Assembly: GCA_027297745.1 (NCBI GenBank)
Contig: JAPUHK010000257.1
Span: 1 to 62,371 of the forward strand
Source of the DNA: Planctomycetota bacterium
Lineage (GTDB): Bacteria > Planctomycetota > PLA2
Reading direction: 5' to 3'
DNA: 62,371 nucleotides
The notes beneath the pieces are model-generated. The model did no database searches. It worked only from the letters and a program-made list of their open reading frames with translations, and was not told the DNA's origin. Positions 34,236-42,963 of this stretch are shown one piece after another. The first letter of the stretch is position 1; every line of letters starts with the position of its first letter. The position numbers were made by a program, and so were the translations under genes.

Positions 34236-34895
34236 TCAGGCGAGCGCGGCGGCGAGCACGGCGGCGCTCGCTGTCGCCATCAGGTTGACCCAATCGTTTC
34301 CGCGTGGCCCCAGGTGCGGCTGCAGGGTTGCGCCGGCCAGACTGTCGAGCAGGTTGCCCGCCATTGCGGCGCCGGCGATGACGAGCGCCGGACGCAACGC
34401 GAACGATCCGAACGCAAACGCGGTTGCCGGCAGGAGTGCAGCGGCGAACAGGCCGGTGAGGGTCCCGAACCAGGTCATCCCCCCATCGCGCCCGGCGGGC
34501 ACCTCGGGTCCGAAGAGCAAGAGACGCGTGCGGCCTCCGCGGCGGCCGAGCTCCCCGGAGACGGTGTCCGACAACGCTGCGCCCAACGCACCCGTGGCTG
34601 CCGCCATGCCCCAGCTGATCCCCCACCCATAGGCCAGCGCGGCAACTGCGCCCACGCCACCGTTGCACAGGACCTGAATCGGACGCCGTTGCCGCTGGCC
34701 GCGCCGCGAAGTCGCCGTACCGACCGCCACCAGGAGGAAGATCAGAACGAAACCCGTCCAGCCCGCACCCGCCGCCAGGCAGGCCGCGACGACGAAACCG
34801 ACCACGGCTCCCGGCCGGTCGACGGCGCGCATGTAGAGGGCCAGCAACGCCACCGCCGCTGCGGCAGCAAGGGGGGTTCCGCCGTCGGGCAGCAC
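34236..34895 (-). CDS. DUF92/TMEM19-family membrane protein (VTE6-type polyprenyl-phosphate kinase family)
   Basis: Multi-TM with SDTVSGELG and GGMTWFGTLTG motifs typical of DUF92. The start is uncertain (in-frame GTG at 34895, just after the upstream gene's stop). Confidence 0.65.
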   Translation of the reverse strand: MLPDGGTPLAAAAAVALLALYMRAVDRPGAVVGFVVAACLAAGAGWTGFVLIFLLVAVGTATSRRGQRQRRPIQVLCNGGVGAVAALAYGWGISWGMAAATGALGAALSDTVSGELGRRGGRTRLLLFGPEVPAGRDGGMTWFGTLTGLFAAALLPATAFAFGSFALRPALVIAGAAMAGNLLDSLAGATLQPHLGPRGNDWVNLMATASAAVLAAALA

Positions 34896-34917
34896 GTCCG
34901 TCCGTCCGAGCGTCAGC

Positions 34918-35496
34918 CTATCCCAGGCAGAAGTACAGCGCAGCGCCGGCCGCAAACGCCACCGCCAGATTATCCTCCGGAAGCGGTAGGGTCTCCGCCA
35001 GCGCGCCCGCAGCGGCCGCAGCCAGCGCAGAGGGGAACGGGGCGACGACATCCGCCGCAGCCAGGTAGGCGTAACAAGCGAGGCCGCCGGCGGCGAAGCC
35101 GGTCGCGGCGCCCACTAACGACTTGCGCCGGTTCCAAGGCACACGGGGACGCGGTCGCAGGGTGCCCGCCATGCCCGCCATGGGATCCGCCACAGCCAGC
35201 ACGATCCACGCGCCTCCGGCCGCGCGCCAGGGCAACAGCAGAGCCAGAAGCAGTACGGCCAGCGGGTACGTGACGAGGCCGCTCAAGCGGGGCTCGCCGG
35301 GGCGGCGGTAGGCGCGGTCGAGTCGCAGGTGCGGCGCGACGAAACCGTTGTACAGAACCGCCGCAAGCGCCAACACGCACACGACGAGCGCGTCAACGAA
35401 GAAAAGCAGGAACGCGCCGGAGCCGAACGCGATGTGCACGGCACGGCGGACTGCCTCCAAGTCCTTCTTACTTGACAAGGTCGTCGTGCCGTTCAA
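34918..35496 (-). CDS. Dolichol kinase / phytol kinase-like membrane protein (CTP-dependent polyprenol kinase family)
   Basis: Multi-TM. AVADPMAGMAGTLRPRPRVPWNRRKSLVGAATGF fits the D..A..G......KS..G signature of this family. Confidence 0.6.
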   Translation of the reverse strand: MNGTTTLSSKKDLEAVRRAVHIAFGSGAFLLFFVDALVVCVLALAAVLYNGFVAPHLRLDRAYRRPGEPRLSGLVTYPLAVLLLALLLPWRAAGGAWIVLAVADPMAGMAGTLRPRPRVPWNRRKSLVGAATGFAAGGLACYAYLAAADVVAPFPSALAAAAAGALAETLPLPEDNLAVAFAAGAALYFCLG

Positions 35497-35560
35497 GAAT
35501 CACGCCGTCTACGCGCAATCATAACCCTTTTGCAGCGTGTGGGTTCGGAGGACCGAAGGG

Positions 35561-36910
35561 ATGAGCAACGGCAACGGCGGAGCCCAACATACGTTCCGCG
35601 CACCGCAGGTTCCGTTCGACCTGAAGTGCGTAACGCTCGCCGCCGCCGGCGTGCTCGTTCTAGGGCTGCTGAACAAGGTGCTGGCCGGCATCTTCGACAT
35701 TCACAACCCGATCGGGCAGATGGTCAACCTGCTCGGCGCCCAGATCGGACAGATCGCCTTCCTGGGAGAGGTCTTCCTCAAGGCCATGCAAGGCGTGTGG
35801 CACTCGGCGGGCAGCGTCGGAGCGGCGAAGGCCACGTACGAGCTGAGCGGGCTCCAGGCCATCCTGACGGGAGTCGTGTTCTTCTCGGTTTGGGCGGTCT
35901 TCGGCGGGGCGCTGCTGCGCATCATCACGCTGCGCCTGACCCGCGACGAGCCCGTCTCGATGCGCGAGGCGCTCACGTTCGGCGGCCGCAACCTGCCGAC
36001 CTTCCTGCTGACGTCCGTGCTGGTCGTGGCCATCGCGGCCTTCTTCGCCTTGTGCAACGCCGTCGCCGGCGCCGTGGCCAGTATCTGGGGCATCGGGTCC
36101 TCGATCTTGATCGTGGTCCTGTTCCCTCTGGTGCTGATCTCCTCGCTGCTGATCATCCTGACGCTGCTGGGCGGCATTTTCGGGCTTCCGCTGATGTGGG
36201 CCGGCATCACCGTGGAGCGCAACGGCGCGCTCGAGGCGCTCAGCCGCGCCTTCAGCTACATCTTCGCGCGGCCGCTGCAGTTCTTCTTCGGGTACCTGCT
36301 GATCTTCGTGCTGATGAGCATCGTGATGCTGGTCAGCAACTTCTTCGAAGACACGACGAAGGACACCTTCCGGGCGCTCAGCTGGCGGTCGGACTTCCGC
36401 GAGATGGTCGCCGCAGACGAACCCGAGATGGAGGAGTTGCGCGAATCGGACGGCTACAAGACGCGCCAGGCCGGGATCTCGGATATCGACAACCTCGACG
36501 ACGCCAAGTGGTACGACTGGATCGGCTTCCTGTGGATGTTCCTGCTGCTGAAGGCGGTCATGCTGGCCTTCAAGGGATATGCGGTGCACGTGCTGCTGGC
36601 CGGTACGTCCTCGCTCTACCTGCAGTTGCGCAGGGAGGTGGACGGGACCGACGAGTCGGAGATCTTCCTGGACGAGGAGGAAACTGCGCCGCCGCCTGCC
36701 CCGCCGGGAGGCACGGCCCCCCCCGCGCCCGCCGCCGAGACGGCCGCGCCGCCCGCCGCCGCCCCCCCGGCCGCGGAAGCGTCCGCATCAGAAGCCGCGC
36801 CCGCCGCCAAGAAGAAGACGGCCAAGAAGAAGACCACCAAGAAGAAGGCGGCCAAGAAGAAGAAGACGGGCGGTACGGGCAGCGACGACGACACTTCGTC
36901 CTCGGGATAA
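35561..36910 (+). CDS. Polytopic membrane protein with Pro/Ala linker and Lys-rich (AKKK-repeat) C-terminal tail
   Basis: At least 6 predicted TM helices. The C-terminus reads ...APPPAPPGGTAPPAPAA...AAKKKTAKKKTTKKKAAKKKKTGGTGSDDDTSSSG. Confidence 0.7.
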   Translation: MSNGNGGAQHTFRAPQVPFDLKCVTLAAAGVLVLGLLNKVLAGIFDIHNPIGQMVNLLGAQIGQIAFLGEVFLKAMQGVWHSAGSVGAAKATYELSGLQAILTGVVFFSVWAVFGGALLRIITLRLTRDEPVSMREALTFGGRNLPTFLLTSVLVVAIAAFFALCNAVAGAVASIWGIGSSILIVVLFPLVLISSLLIILTLLGGIFGLPLMWAGITVERNGALEALSRAFSYIFARPLQFFFGYLLIFVLMSIVMLVSNFFEDTTKDTFRALSWRSDFREMVAADEPEMEELRESDGYKTRQAGISDIDNLDDAKWYDWIGFLWMFLLLKAVMLAFKGYAVHVLLAGTSSLYLQLRREVDGTDESEIFLDEEETAPPPAPPGGTAPPAPAAETAAPPAAAPPAAEASASEAAPAAKKKTAKKKTTKKKAAKKKKTGGTGSDDDTSSSG

Positions 36911-36988
36911 GCTAGGCGTTCGAGCATCGGGCCGGCTTCCCACGCGTAGCAGCCGCGGGTTGTACGGGGCCCGCCGGCCGCACCGCCC

Positions 36989-38317
36989 ATGAAGAAGACA
37001 CGGCCCAAACCCAAGAAGGCTCAGCCTCTGGGTCCCGACGAACTGGCGCGGGCCACAATCCGCCGCACGCAATCGGCCGAGGACGTCGAGCGCGCTCAGA
37101 GCGTGCTGAAGACCAACCGGGCAGCGAACATCCTCGAGGCGCACCCGGAGGAGCGCGGTTCGGTGCGCATCCTCGAGGTCGACGGGGTCGTGCGCGCCGC
37201 GCTCCTGTTCGACCCTGCTCCGCTCGAGATTCGCGGGGTGGAGGTGCGCTGCGCACGCATCGTGGAAACCGACGGGGAGAACGGCCGCAAGCACTTCCGC
37301 GCAACCGGCGACCGCGAGCTCTTCGATCTGATGATCGAGGAGCTGTTCGGCTACCTGTGGGCGCGCCGCTATCCCCTGGTCTACGCCCACGGCGAGCTGG
37401 CGTTGTTCGGGACCCAGCACTTCGTTCCGTGCTTCTACCACCCCCGTGTCTCGGTGCCCGTCGCGGCCGCCCTGGCGTTGCCGGCGCGCTACCGGGTACG
37501 CCACCTCAAGGGCGACGACGCCCGGCACATCCCGAACCTGCGTACCCTCGACCGCGCACACCGGCCGGACGTGTTCGCGGCGGGCGTGCCGCCCTTCCAC
37601 CACTTCTGCGTCGAGGCGCCCGACCGTTCGGTGGTCGGGTTCTTCAGCTTCGAGGCGTCGCCCGAGGCCGCCTGGACGCCGAAGATCTTCGCGCCGGAGG
37701 TGGCGGTCCGCGACCGCGAGGCCGCCTTCACGATCCTGAACCACTGCGCCGCGAAAGCACACGAGCTGGGGCTCGAGGAGATGCACTTCCCGCTGGCGGC
37801 CGCCCATCCGTTCGCGCGCATCTGCATCGAGCTGGGCGGGACGGCCGAAGTGCGCGGGGGCGCCGAGGACGCGTCCCTGGACGAGGAGATGCTCTGCGCG
37901 GTGGACCCCGGGCGGCTGCTGACCGCGCTGATCCCCGCGCTCGAGCAGGCGGCGTGGACGCCGGAGCCGCAGGAGGAGCGCGAGGTGACGCTGTCCGACG
38001 GGCACGGCGCGTGGCGCTTGCGTCTTCGGGACGGCTCCGTCAGCGTCGAAACGTTGGACGCGGTGCCGGAGCACTGCGTGCACATGCCGGACTGGATGCT
38101 GACGCAGCTGTTGGCGGGGTACCGCGGCGGGGCGGAGATCGACGCGCCGATGAAGGACGAGGAGCGCGCGCTGTTGCAGGCGCTCTTGCCCAGGGGCTGG
38201 CCCTGGTCGATGTGCGACCTCGAGCACTGGGACGCGGAGGTCCCGCGCCGCGCCGCGTGCAAGGCCGCGCGCAAGCAGATGGAAACGCTGCGCTTGCCCT
38301 GGGCTCGAGGCTCGTAG
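36989..38317 (+). CDS. Putative GNAT-type acetyltransferase with C-terminal SCP2-like domain (Eis-like architecture)
   Basis: The length and pattern (VEVRCARIVETD..., RYPLVYAHGELALFGTQHFVPCF, C-terminal MPDWMLTQLLAGYRGG) resemble Eis-family proteins. This is recognition by eye only. Confidence 0.45.
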   Translation: MKKTRPKPKKAQPLGPDELARATIRRTQSAEDVERAQSVLKTNRAANILEAHPEERGSVRILEVDGVVRAALLFDPAPLEIRGVEVRCARIVETDGENGRKHFRATGDRELFDLMIEELFGYLWARRYPLVYAHGELALFGTQHFVPCFYHPRVSVPVAAALALPARYRVRHLKGDDARHIPNLRTLDRAHRPDVFAAGVPPFHHFCVEAPDRSVVGFFSFEASPEAAWTPKIFAPEVAVRDREAAFTILNHCAAKAHELGLEEMHFPLAAAHPFARICIELGGTAEVRGGAEDASLDEEMLCAVDPGRLLTALIPALEQAAWTPEPQEEREVTLSDGHGAWRLRLRDGSVSVETLDAVPEHCVHMPDWMLTQLLAGYRGGAEIDAPMKDEERALLQALLPRGWPWSMCDLEHWDAEVPRRAACKAARKQMETLRLPWARGS

Positions 38318-38400
38318 GATTGCACCCGAGTGCTCTCTACGGCACGTGCGAGGGGCGGGACGATGGGCGATCGGGCTGCGATCGTGATACCTTCCCCCGC

Positions 38401-39195
38401 ATGAGCACCGTAGGCTCGGATCGCGCCGATCGCCGCTTTCTGCGCCCCGTAGGCGTCGGTGACGCGGAGGCGGAGTACGAGCGCTTCGTCGCGGACGTCG
38501 CGGCCGCGCTGGACGATCCGGCGCAGGACCGCAACGACGTCGTGCGCGACGTGCTACGCGGCATCTACGGCATCGAGCCAGACCCGCAGGACCCCGGACG
38601 CCGAGCCCTGCTGCTGTCGCTCGACCCGCGCCACGCAACGCTCGAGCCCGAGTACTACAAGGACATCGACGGCGCCCGCTACGAGCCGTTGAAGCCGCTG
38701 CACTGGCTGTGGATCCAGTTCGACCTGAGTCCGCTTGGACGCAACCTGCACCTGGGCGTGCTGTTCCGGCGCATGCTGGCCGAGCGCGTGTTCTCGAGCT
38801 GCGGCCACAACGTGAAGATCTTCCACGGCGTGGAGATCACCTACGGCTACAACCTGGAGGTCGGCGACGACGTGGTCATCCACCGCTGCGTGCTGCTCGA
38901 CGACCGCGGGGGGCTCAAGATCGGCAACCGTGTCTCGATCAGCGACTACGCCAACATCTACACGCACGACCACCACGTGCTGGATATCGCCCACATCGCC
39001 ATGAAGCCGACCACGATCGGAGACGGCGCCCGCATCACCTATCACGCCACCGTGCTGGCCGGAGCGCACGTCGGCGAGGACGCGATCGTGGGCGCGCACG
39101 GGCTCTTGCGCAAGCCGCTCGAGGCGCATGGGATCGCCGGAGGCGTGCCCGCCAAGCCGCTCGGGGTGAAACACCACCCCGGCAAGAGCGTCTGA
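38401..39195 (+). CDS. Left-handed beta-helix (hexapeptide repeat) acyltransferase
   Basis: Hexapeptide repeats (VEVGDDVVIHRCVLLDDRGGLKIGNRVSISDYANIY..., IGDGARITYHATVLAGAHVGEDAIVGAH) with a GVPAKPL tail. Confidence 0.75.
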   Translation: MSTVGSDRADRRFLRPVGVGDAEAEYERFVADVAAALDDPAQDRNDVVRDVLRGIYGIEPDPQDPGRRALLLSLDPRHATLEPEYYKDIDGARYEPLKPLHWLWIQFDLSPLGRNLHLGVLFRRMLAERVFSSCGHNVKIFHGVEITYGYNLEVGDDVVIHRCVLLDDRGGLKIGNRVSISDYANIYTHDHHVLDIAHIAMKPTTIGDGARITYHATVLAGAHVGEDAIVGAHGLLRKPLEAHGIAGGVPAKPLGVKHHPGKSV

Positions 39196-39202
39196 GCGCA
39201 GA

Positions 39203-39286
39203 AGACGCAGAGGGCCGCGCCGTCGCACAACCGCGACACCCCCGTTCACTCCGCGCCCTCCGCCTCCCACTGCGTCCTCTGCGTCT
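39203..39286. repeat. 11-bp perfect inverted repeat bracketing the promoter region of the first HEAT/VWA gene
   Basis: AGACGCAGAGG (39203-13) and CCTCTGCGTCT (39276-86) are 62 nt apart. The right arm ends 4 nt before ATG 39290. Confidence 0.45.
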
Positions 39287-39289
39287 AGA

Positions 39290-41515
39290 ATGCTGCCCAT
39301 GCGCCGAGCCCTCTTGCTGCTTCTGGTCACGCTGCCCGCCGCCGCCAAGGGCCTGCCGCCCCCGAGCCGCATCGACGTCTGGAAGTCGATCAACAACCAG
39401 CAGCGGCTGCGCATGGAGTGGGACGGGCTGCCGGACGCAACGCCCATCAAGCTGCCCGACGGCTCGACGGAGCCCGCGCGCGCGCCGTGGCCGTTCCTGC
39501 TGCACATCGTGGAGGAAGACAGCCCGGGAAACGACAAGATCAAGCGCAACATCTTCGTCGACACGCGTTTCGCGCTGCTCACCCGGGCCGTCAAGCCCGT
39601 GAAGATCTCCCCCGTCAAGGCGGCCGAGCTCCAGTACATGTTTTCCGTGAAGGTGAAGGACCCCTGCATCGTGGTCTTCAAGCGCGACTTCTCGGTCGTC
39701 GGCGCGCTGAGCACCAAGAAGGACTTCACGGCGGACCGCTGCCTGAAGCTGATGGTCAAGGCGGGGGACGACGCGTACGTGGAATCGGTGGGCAAGTACG
39801 TGTCGCAGTACGTGAAGATCCTGGCACAGGAAGAGAAGCTCTGGAAGCAGGAGGCGAAGATCGAGGACCTGACCGACCGGGCGGCCAAGAAGTCCCCGGC
39901 GGACATGAAGAAGATTCTGAAGGAGGTCGAGCAGCTCGACAAACAGCTGGAGGCCGACCGGGAGACGCTGAGCGAGAAGGAACAGGAGCTCAAGGACTCC
40001 CTGCGGATCAAGCCGGACGAGGAAGAGGCGTTGCCCACGACGGTGGGCAAGGGACGCAAGAAGCGCAAGGTGACGCCGGAGGAAAAGGAGGCCATCAAGG
40101 CCTACCGCGAGTTCGGGCGCGACAAGAACCCGTTCGTGCGGGCGGCGGCCGTTGAAGACCTCGGCACCCTCGACTCGCCGGTGATCGTCGACGTGATCCT
40201 CAAGGGCGCCAACGACACCGACCCACGGGTCGTGACGGCGGCGGGCAAGGCGCTCAGCCGGATGAAGTCGGCCGAGTCGCTCGAGGCCAACGTCGGCGGC
40301 CTCGTCTCGGGTAACGAGCGCGCGAAGACGGCCTGCGCCGTCGCCCTGACGGAGATCAAGCACCCTGCCGCCGTCACGGGCCTGATGGCGCTGGCGTCCA
40401 GCGGCAACGACGCGCTGCGGGGCGCCGTGTACGAGGCGCTCGGCAAGCAGGGCGACAAGGCCGCCGTGGCACTGCTCGCGCGCGGGATGTCGGACCGGGT
40501 CCCGGCGCTGCGGGTCGTGGCCGCCACCGCGCTCGGTGAGATCCGCTCGCCCGAAGGCGCGGAGCCCTTGCTGCAAGCACTGGACTCGCCCGACTGGTCG
40601 CTGCAGAAGGCCTCGATCGAAGCGCTCGGCAAGGTGCGCGTGAAGAAGTCGATCGAGCCCCTGCTGGTCCTGTTCGAGAAGCAGGAGGGGCTGCTCAAGG
40701 AGGTGCTGTACAAGTCGCTCGTCTCGATCACGGGCCAGGACTACAAGTATCGCGAGACGCACTGGCGCAGCTGGTGGGACAAGTACGGCAAAGGCTTCAC
40801 GCTTCCCACCGAGCGGGACCTCGAGAAGCAGCGGCTGCTGGCAGAGAAGGCGCTGGAGGGCTACGCCAAGGCGCGCAAGTATCACAAGATCGTGACGCTC
40901 AGCCGCAAGATGGTCTTCGTGATCGACATCTCCGCGAGCATGAAGGACAAGATCGTGATCCCCCCCAGTGCGCCGGAGTCCGTGCGCGAGGAGTTCCCCG
41001 ACCGCGTCAAGATGGAGATCGCGAAGAAGGAGATGATCGAGCTGATCGCGACGCTCGACAAGCACGTCTGGTTCAACATCATCACGTTCGCCGGCAAGGT
41101 GAAGCCGTGGAAGGGGGACCTCGTACGTGCCACGGGCGGATCGCGCAACGGCGCGATCAAGTTCGTGTCCAAGCTCAAGCCGCTCGAGGCGAGCGGCGGC
41201 GGCAGGAAGCGCAGCGGCGGTGACGTGCAGAAGACCAACACGTACGCGGCGATGATGGCTGCTTTCGGGCTGGCCGATCAGAAGATTCCGGACTGGAAGG
41301 CGCGCTCGCGCGTGGACACCATCTTCCTGGTCACCGACGGCGTGCCCACGAGCGGAGAGATCACCGAGACGCCCAAGCTGATCGCGGCACTGACCGAGCT
41401 GAACCGGACGCGCGGCATCGTGATCCACGTGATCTGCTTCGACAAGGAAACCGGGAAGCAGATGTCGCGTCTGGCCACGCTGAACGGCGGCAAGTACGTG
41501 CTGCGGGGGTTCTAG
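39290..41515 (+). CDS. Secreted multidomain protein: N-terminal Trx-fold-like region without Cys motif, coiled coil, HEAT repeats, C-terminal VWA domain
   Basis: Signal peptide. HEAT-like repeats (NPFVRAAAVEDLG, DPRVVTAAGKALS, ALRVVAATALGEI, WSLQKASIEALG). A THWRSWWDKYG linker. VWA domain (VFVIDISASM MIDAS-like, FNIITFAG, TNTYAAM, IFLVTDGVPT). Confidence 0.8.
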   Translation: MLPMRRALLLLLVTLPAAAKGLPPPSRIDVWKSINNQQRLRMEWDGLPDATPIKLPDGSTEPARAPWPFLLHIVEEDSPGNDKIKRNIFVDTRFALLTRAVKPVKISPVKAAELQYMFSVKVKDPCIVVFKRDFSVVGALSTKKDFTADRCLKLMVKAGDDAYVESVGKYVSQYVKILAQEEKLWKQEAKIEDLTDRAAKKSPADMKKILKEVEQLDKQLEADRETLSEKEQELKDSLRIKPDEEEALPTTVGKGRKKRKVTPEEKEAIKAYREFGRDKNPFVRAAAVEDLGTLDSPVIVDVILKGANDTDPRVVTAAGKALSRMKSAESLEANVGGLVSGNERAKTACAVALTEIKHPAAVTGLMALASSGNDALRGAVYEALGKQGDKAAVALLARGMSDRVPALRVVAATALGEIRSPEGAEPLLQALDSPDWSLQKASIEALGKVRVKKSIEPLLVLFEKQEGLLKEVLYKSLVSITGQDYKYRETHWRSWWDKYGKGFTLPTERDLEKQRLLAEKALEGYAKARKYHKIVTLSRKMVFVIDISASMKDKIVIPPSAPESVREEFPDRVKMEIAKKEMIELIATLDKHVWFNIITFAGKVKPWKGDLVRATGGSRNGAIKFVSKLKPLEASGGGRKRSGGDVQKTNTYAAMMAAFGLADQKIPDWKARSRVDTIFLVTDGVPTSGEITETPKLIAALTELNRTRGIVIHVICFDKETGKQMSRLATLNGGKYVLRGF

Positions 41516-41521
41516 GGCCGC

Positions 41522-42706
41522 CTACCGGTCCTTGAGGGGGTAGGTCTCGAGCACCCACGCGCGCCAGCGCTCGTGCAGCGTGTTGGGCGTCACCCCGAAG
41601 GCGTAATGGATGGCCTCGGCCGCCGTCGGTTTGTTCTTGCGGTCCTGGTTCTTCTCGAGCAGTCGCGTGAAGCGGATCGGATCCGTCTCGATCATCCACT
41701 GCATGATGCTCCAGCTGAGCCCCTGCTCGATCCCGTTCAGCTCGCCCGGGCGCAGCTTCTCGCACCAGGACCCGAGCGGCGGGTCCTTCTTGCGCAGCAC
41801 GAGGTTGCGGATCGTCTTCGACCACTTGGCCTTGTTGAACAGCGTGGGCGACGTGCCCTCCGCCCAGCAGAAGGTGTTCGGCGCCGCCGCCTCGCGGCGC
41901 TCGTAGTAGTGCGCCACGCCCTCCTCTATGAAAGCCCAGGTCTGGCGGTAGTAGTTGCCGAAGCCGTCGCACAGGTTGTGCGCAATGTTGTGGATCACGT
42001 GGTTGTTGAAGGCGCGCTCGCTGCCCTGAATCAGACTGTCGGCGGTCGTGTAGACCATGAAGTTGGGGTCTTCCTTCTCGTGATGCTGAAGCCCCGCTTT
42101 GTCGTTCTGCCGGCCGATCAGCGCGTCGGTGACGCCATGATGCTGGGAGTAGTCGTCCCACAGGAGCAGTTGGTAAGGAGCCAGCATGCCGAGCCAGCGC
42201 GTCTGCTTGAAGGGGCCGCCGCTCTTGGGCTTGTCGCTGCCTGTGAGCGCCGAGAAGTGCGCGAAGATGCGCTCCGCCCGGATGTGATACAGGTGCGCGC
42301 GCTGGTGAGCGTTCACGCTGAACCCCTGGAGTCCGATCTTGAGGCGCGGGAAGATCTCCTTGAGCCGGTAGGCGTCCGCCTTGGCGAAGCGGGTGTCCCA
42401 CTTGATCCTGTCCCGCTTGAGGGTGCTCAGAATGCGGAAGTGCGGCGTCTCGATCACGTAGTAGTTCTTGCTCACCTCCGCCAGCTTGAGCACTTCCGCG
42501 ACCGGCAAGCGCAGGATCGTGATGTCCTTCTTCTCGCCCTCGATGCGCTTCTCCTCCAGGCAGGTGGCGCAGTACCAGGGCGTGAAGACGATCTCTAGGG
42601 GCTTGTCCGCCACCCGCGGGTGCATCTCGTCCTCGAAGCCCCCCTTCTTGGCGCGCGCTGAGGAGACCACCAACAGCAGGGCGACGAGGATCAAGGCGCG
42701 GGGCAT
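41522..42706 (-). CDS. Secreted hypothetical protein
   Basis: 394 aa with signal peptide MPRALILVALLLVVSSARA. Normal amino-acid composition (Lys/Trp/His-rich) unlike artefact ORFs. No domain recognised. Confidence 0.65.
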   Translation of the reverse strand: MPRALILVALLLVVSSARAKKGGFEDEMHPRVADKPLEIVFTPWYCATCLEEKRIEGEKKDITILRLPVAEVLKLAEVSKNYYVIETPHFRILSTLKRDRIKWDTRFAKADAYRLKEIFPRLKIGLQGFSVNAHQRAHLYHIRAERIFAHFSALTGSDKPKSGGPFKQTRWLGMLAPYQLLLWDDYSQHHGVTDALIGRQNDKAGLQHHEKEDPNFMVYTTADSLIQGSERAFNNHVIHNIAHNLCDGFGNYYRQTWAFIEEGVAHYYERREAAAPNTFCWAEGTSPTLFNKAKWSKTIRNLVLRKKDPPLGSWCEKLRPGELNGIEQGLSWSIMQWMIETDPIRFTRLLEKNQDRKNKPTAAEAIHYAFGVTPNTLHERWRAWVLETYPLKDR

Positions 42707-42788
42707 AGGCGAGTATTAGAACACCGGCTTGAGGTCGTGCCTTAGCCTCAGCCTTGGCCTTGCGAGTGCGAGGTCAACATCCGTACGC

Positions 42789-42842
42789 GTGCCCCTGCCC
42801 GCATCCTGCAGAGCGCCGGGCATAGGGCAGGGGCAGGGGCAC
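42789..42842. repeat. 12-bp perfect inverted repeat GTGCCCCTGCCC / GGGCAGGGGCAC
   Basis: Arms lie at 42789-42800 and 42831-42842 with a 30-nt loop. The C-tract/G-tract composition resembles the other intergenic elements. Confidence 0.5.
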
Positions 42843-42895
42843 GTTTACGGGAAACCTCGACGCCTGCTCGCCAGCCTGTCACGTCTGAACCAAGG

Positions 42896-42933
42896 CCTTA
42901 AACAAGAGCGGGGCTCCCCACACGAGGAGCCCC
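42896..42933 (-). terminator. Intrinsic terminator downstream of the FliA/WhiG-type sigma gene
   Basis: On the minus strand, GGGGCUCC UCGUGUGG GGAGCCCC (8-bp stem) is followed by GCUCUUGUUUAAGG. Confidence 0.55.
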
Positions 42934-42963
42934 TGTAAGCCCTATCGCCCTCGGAGGGGCGGA

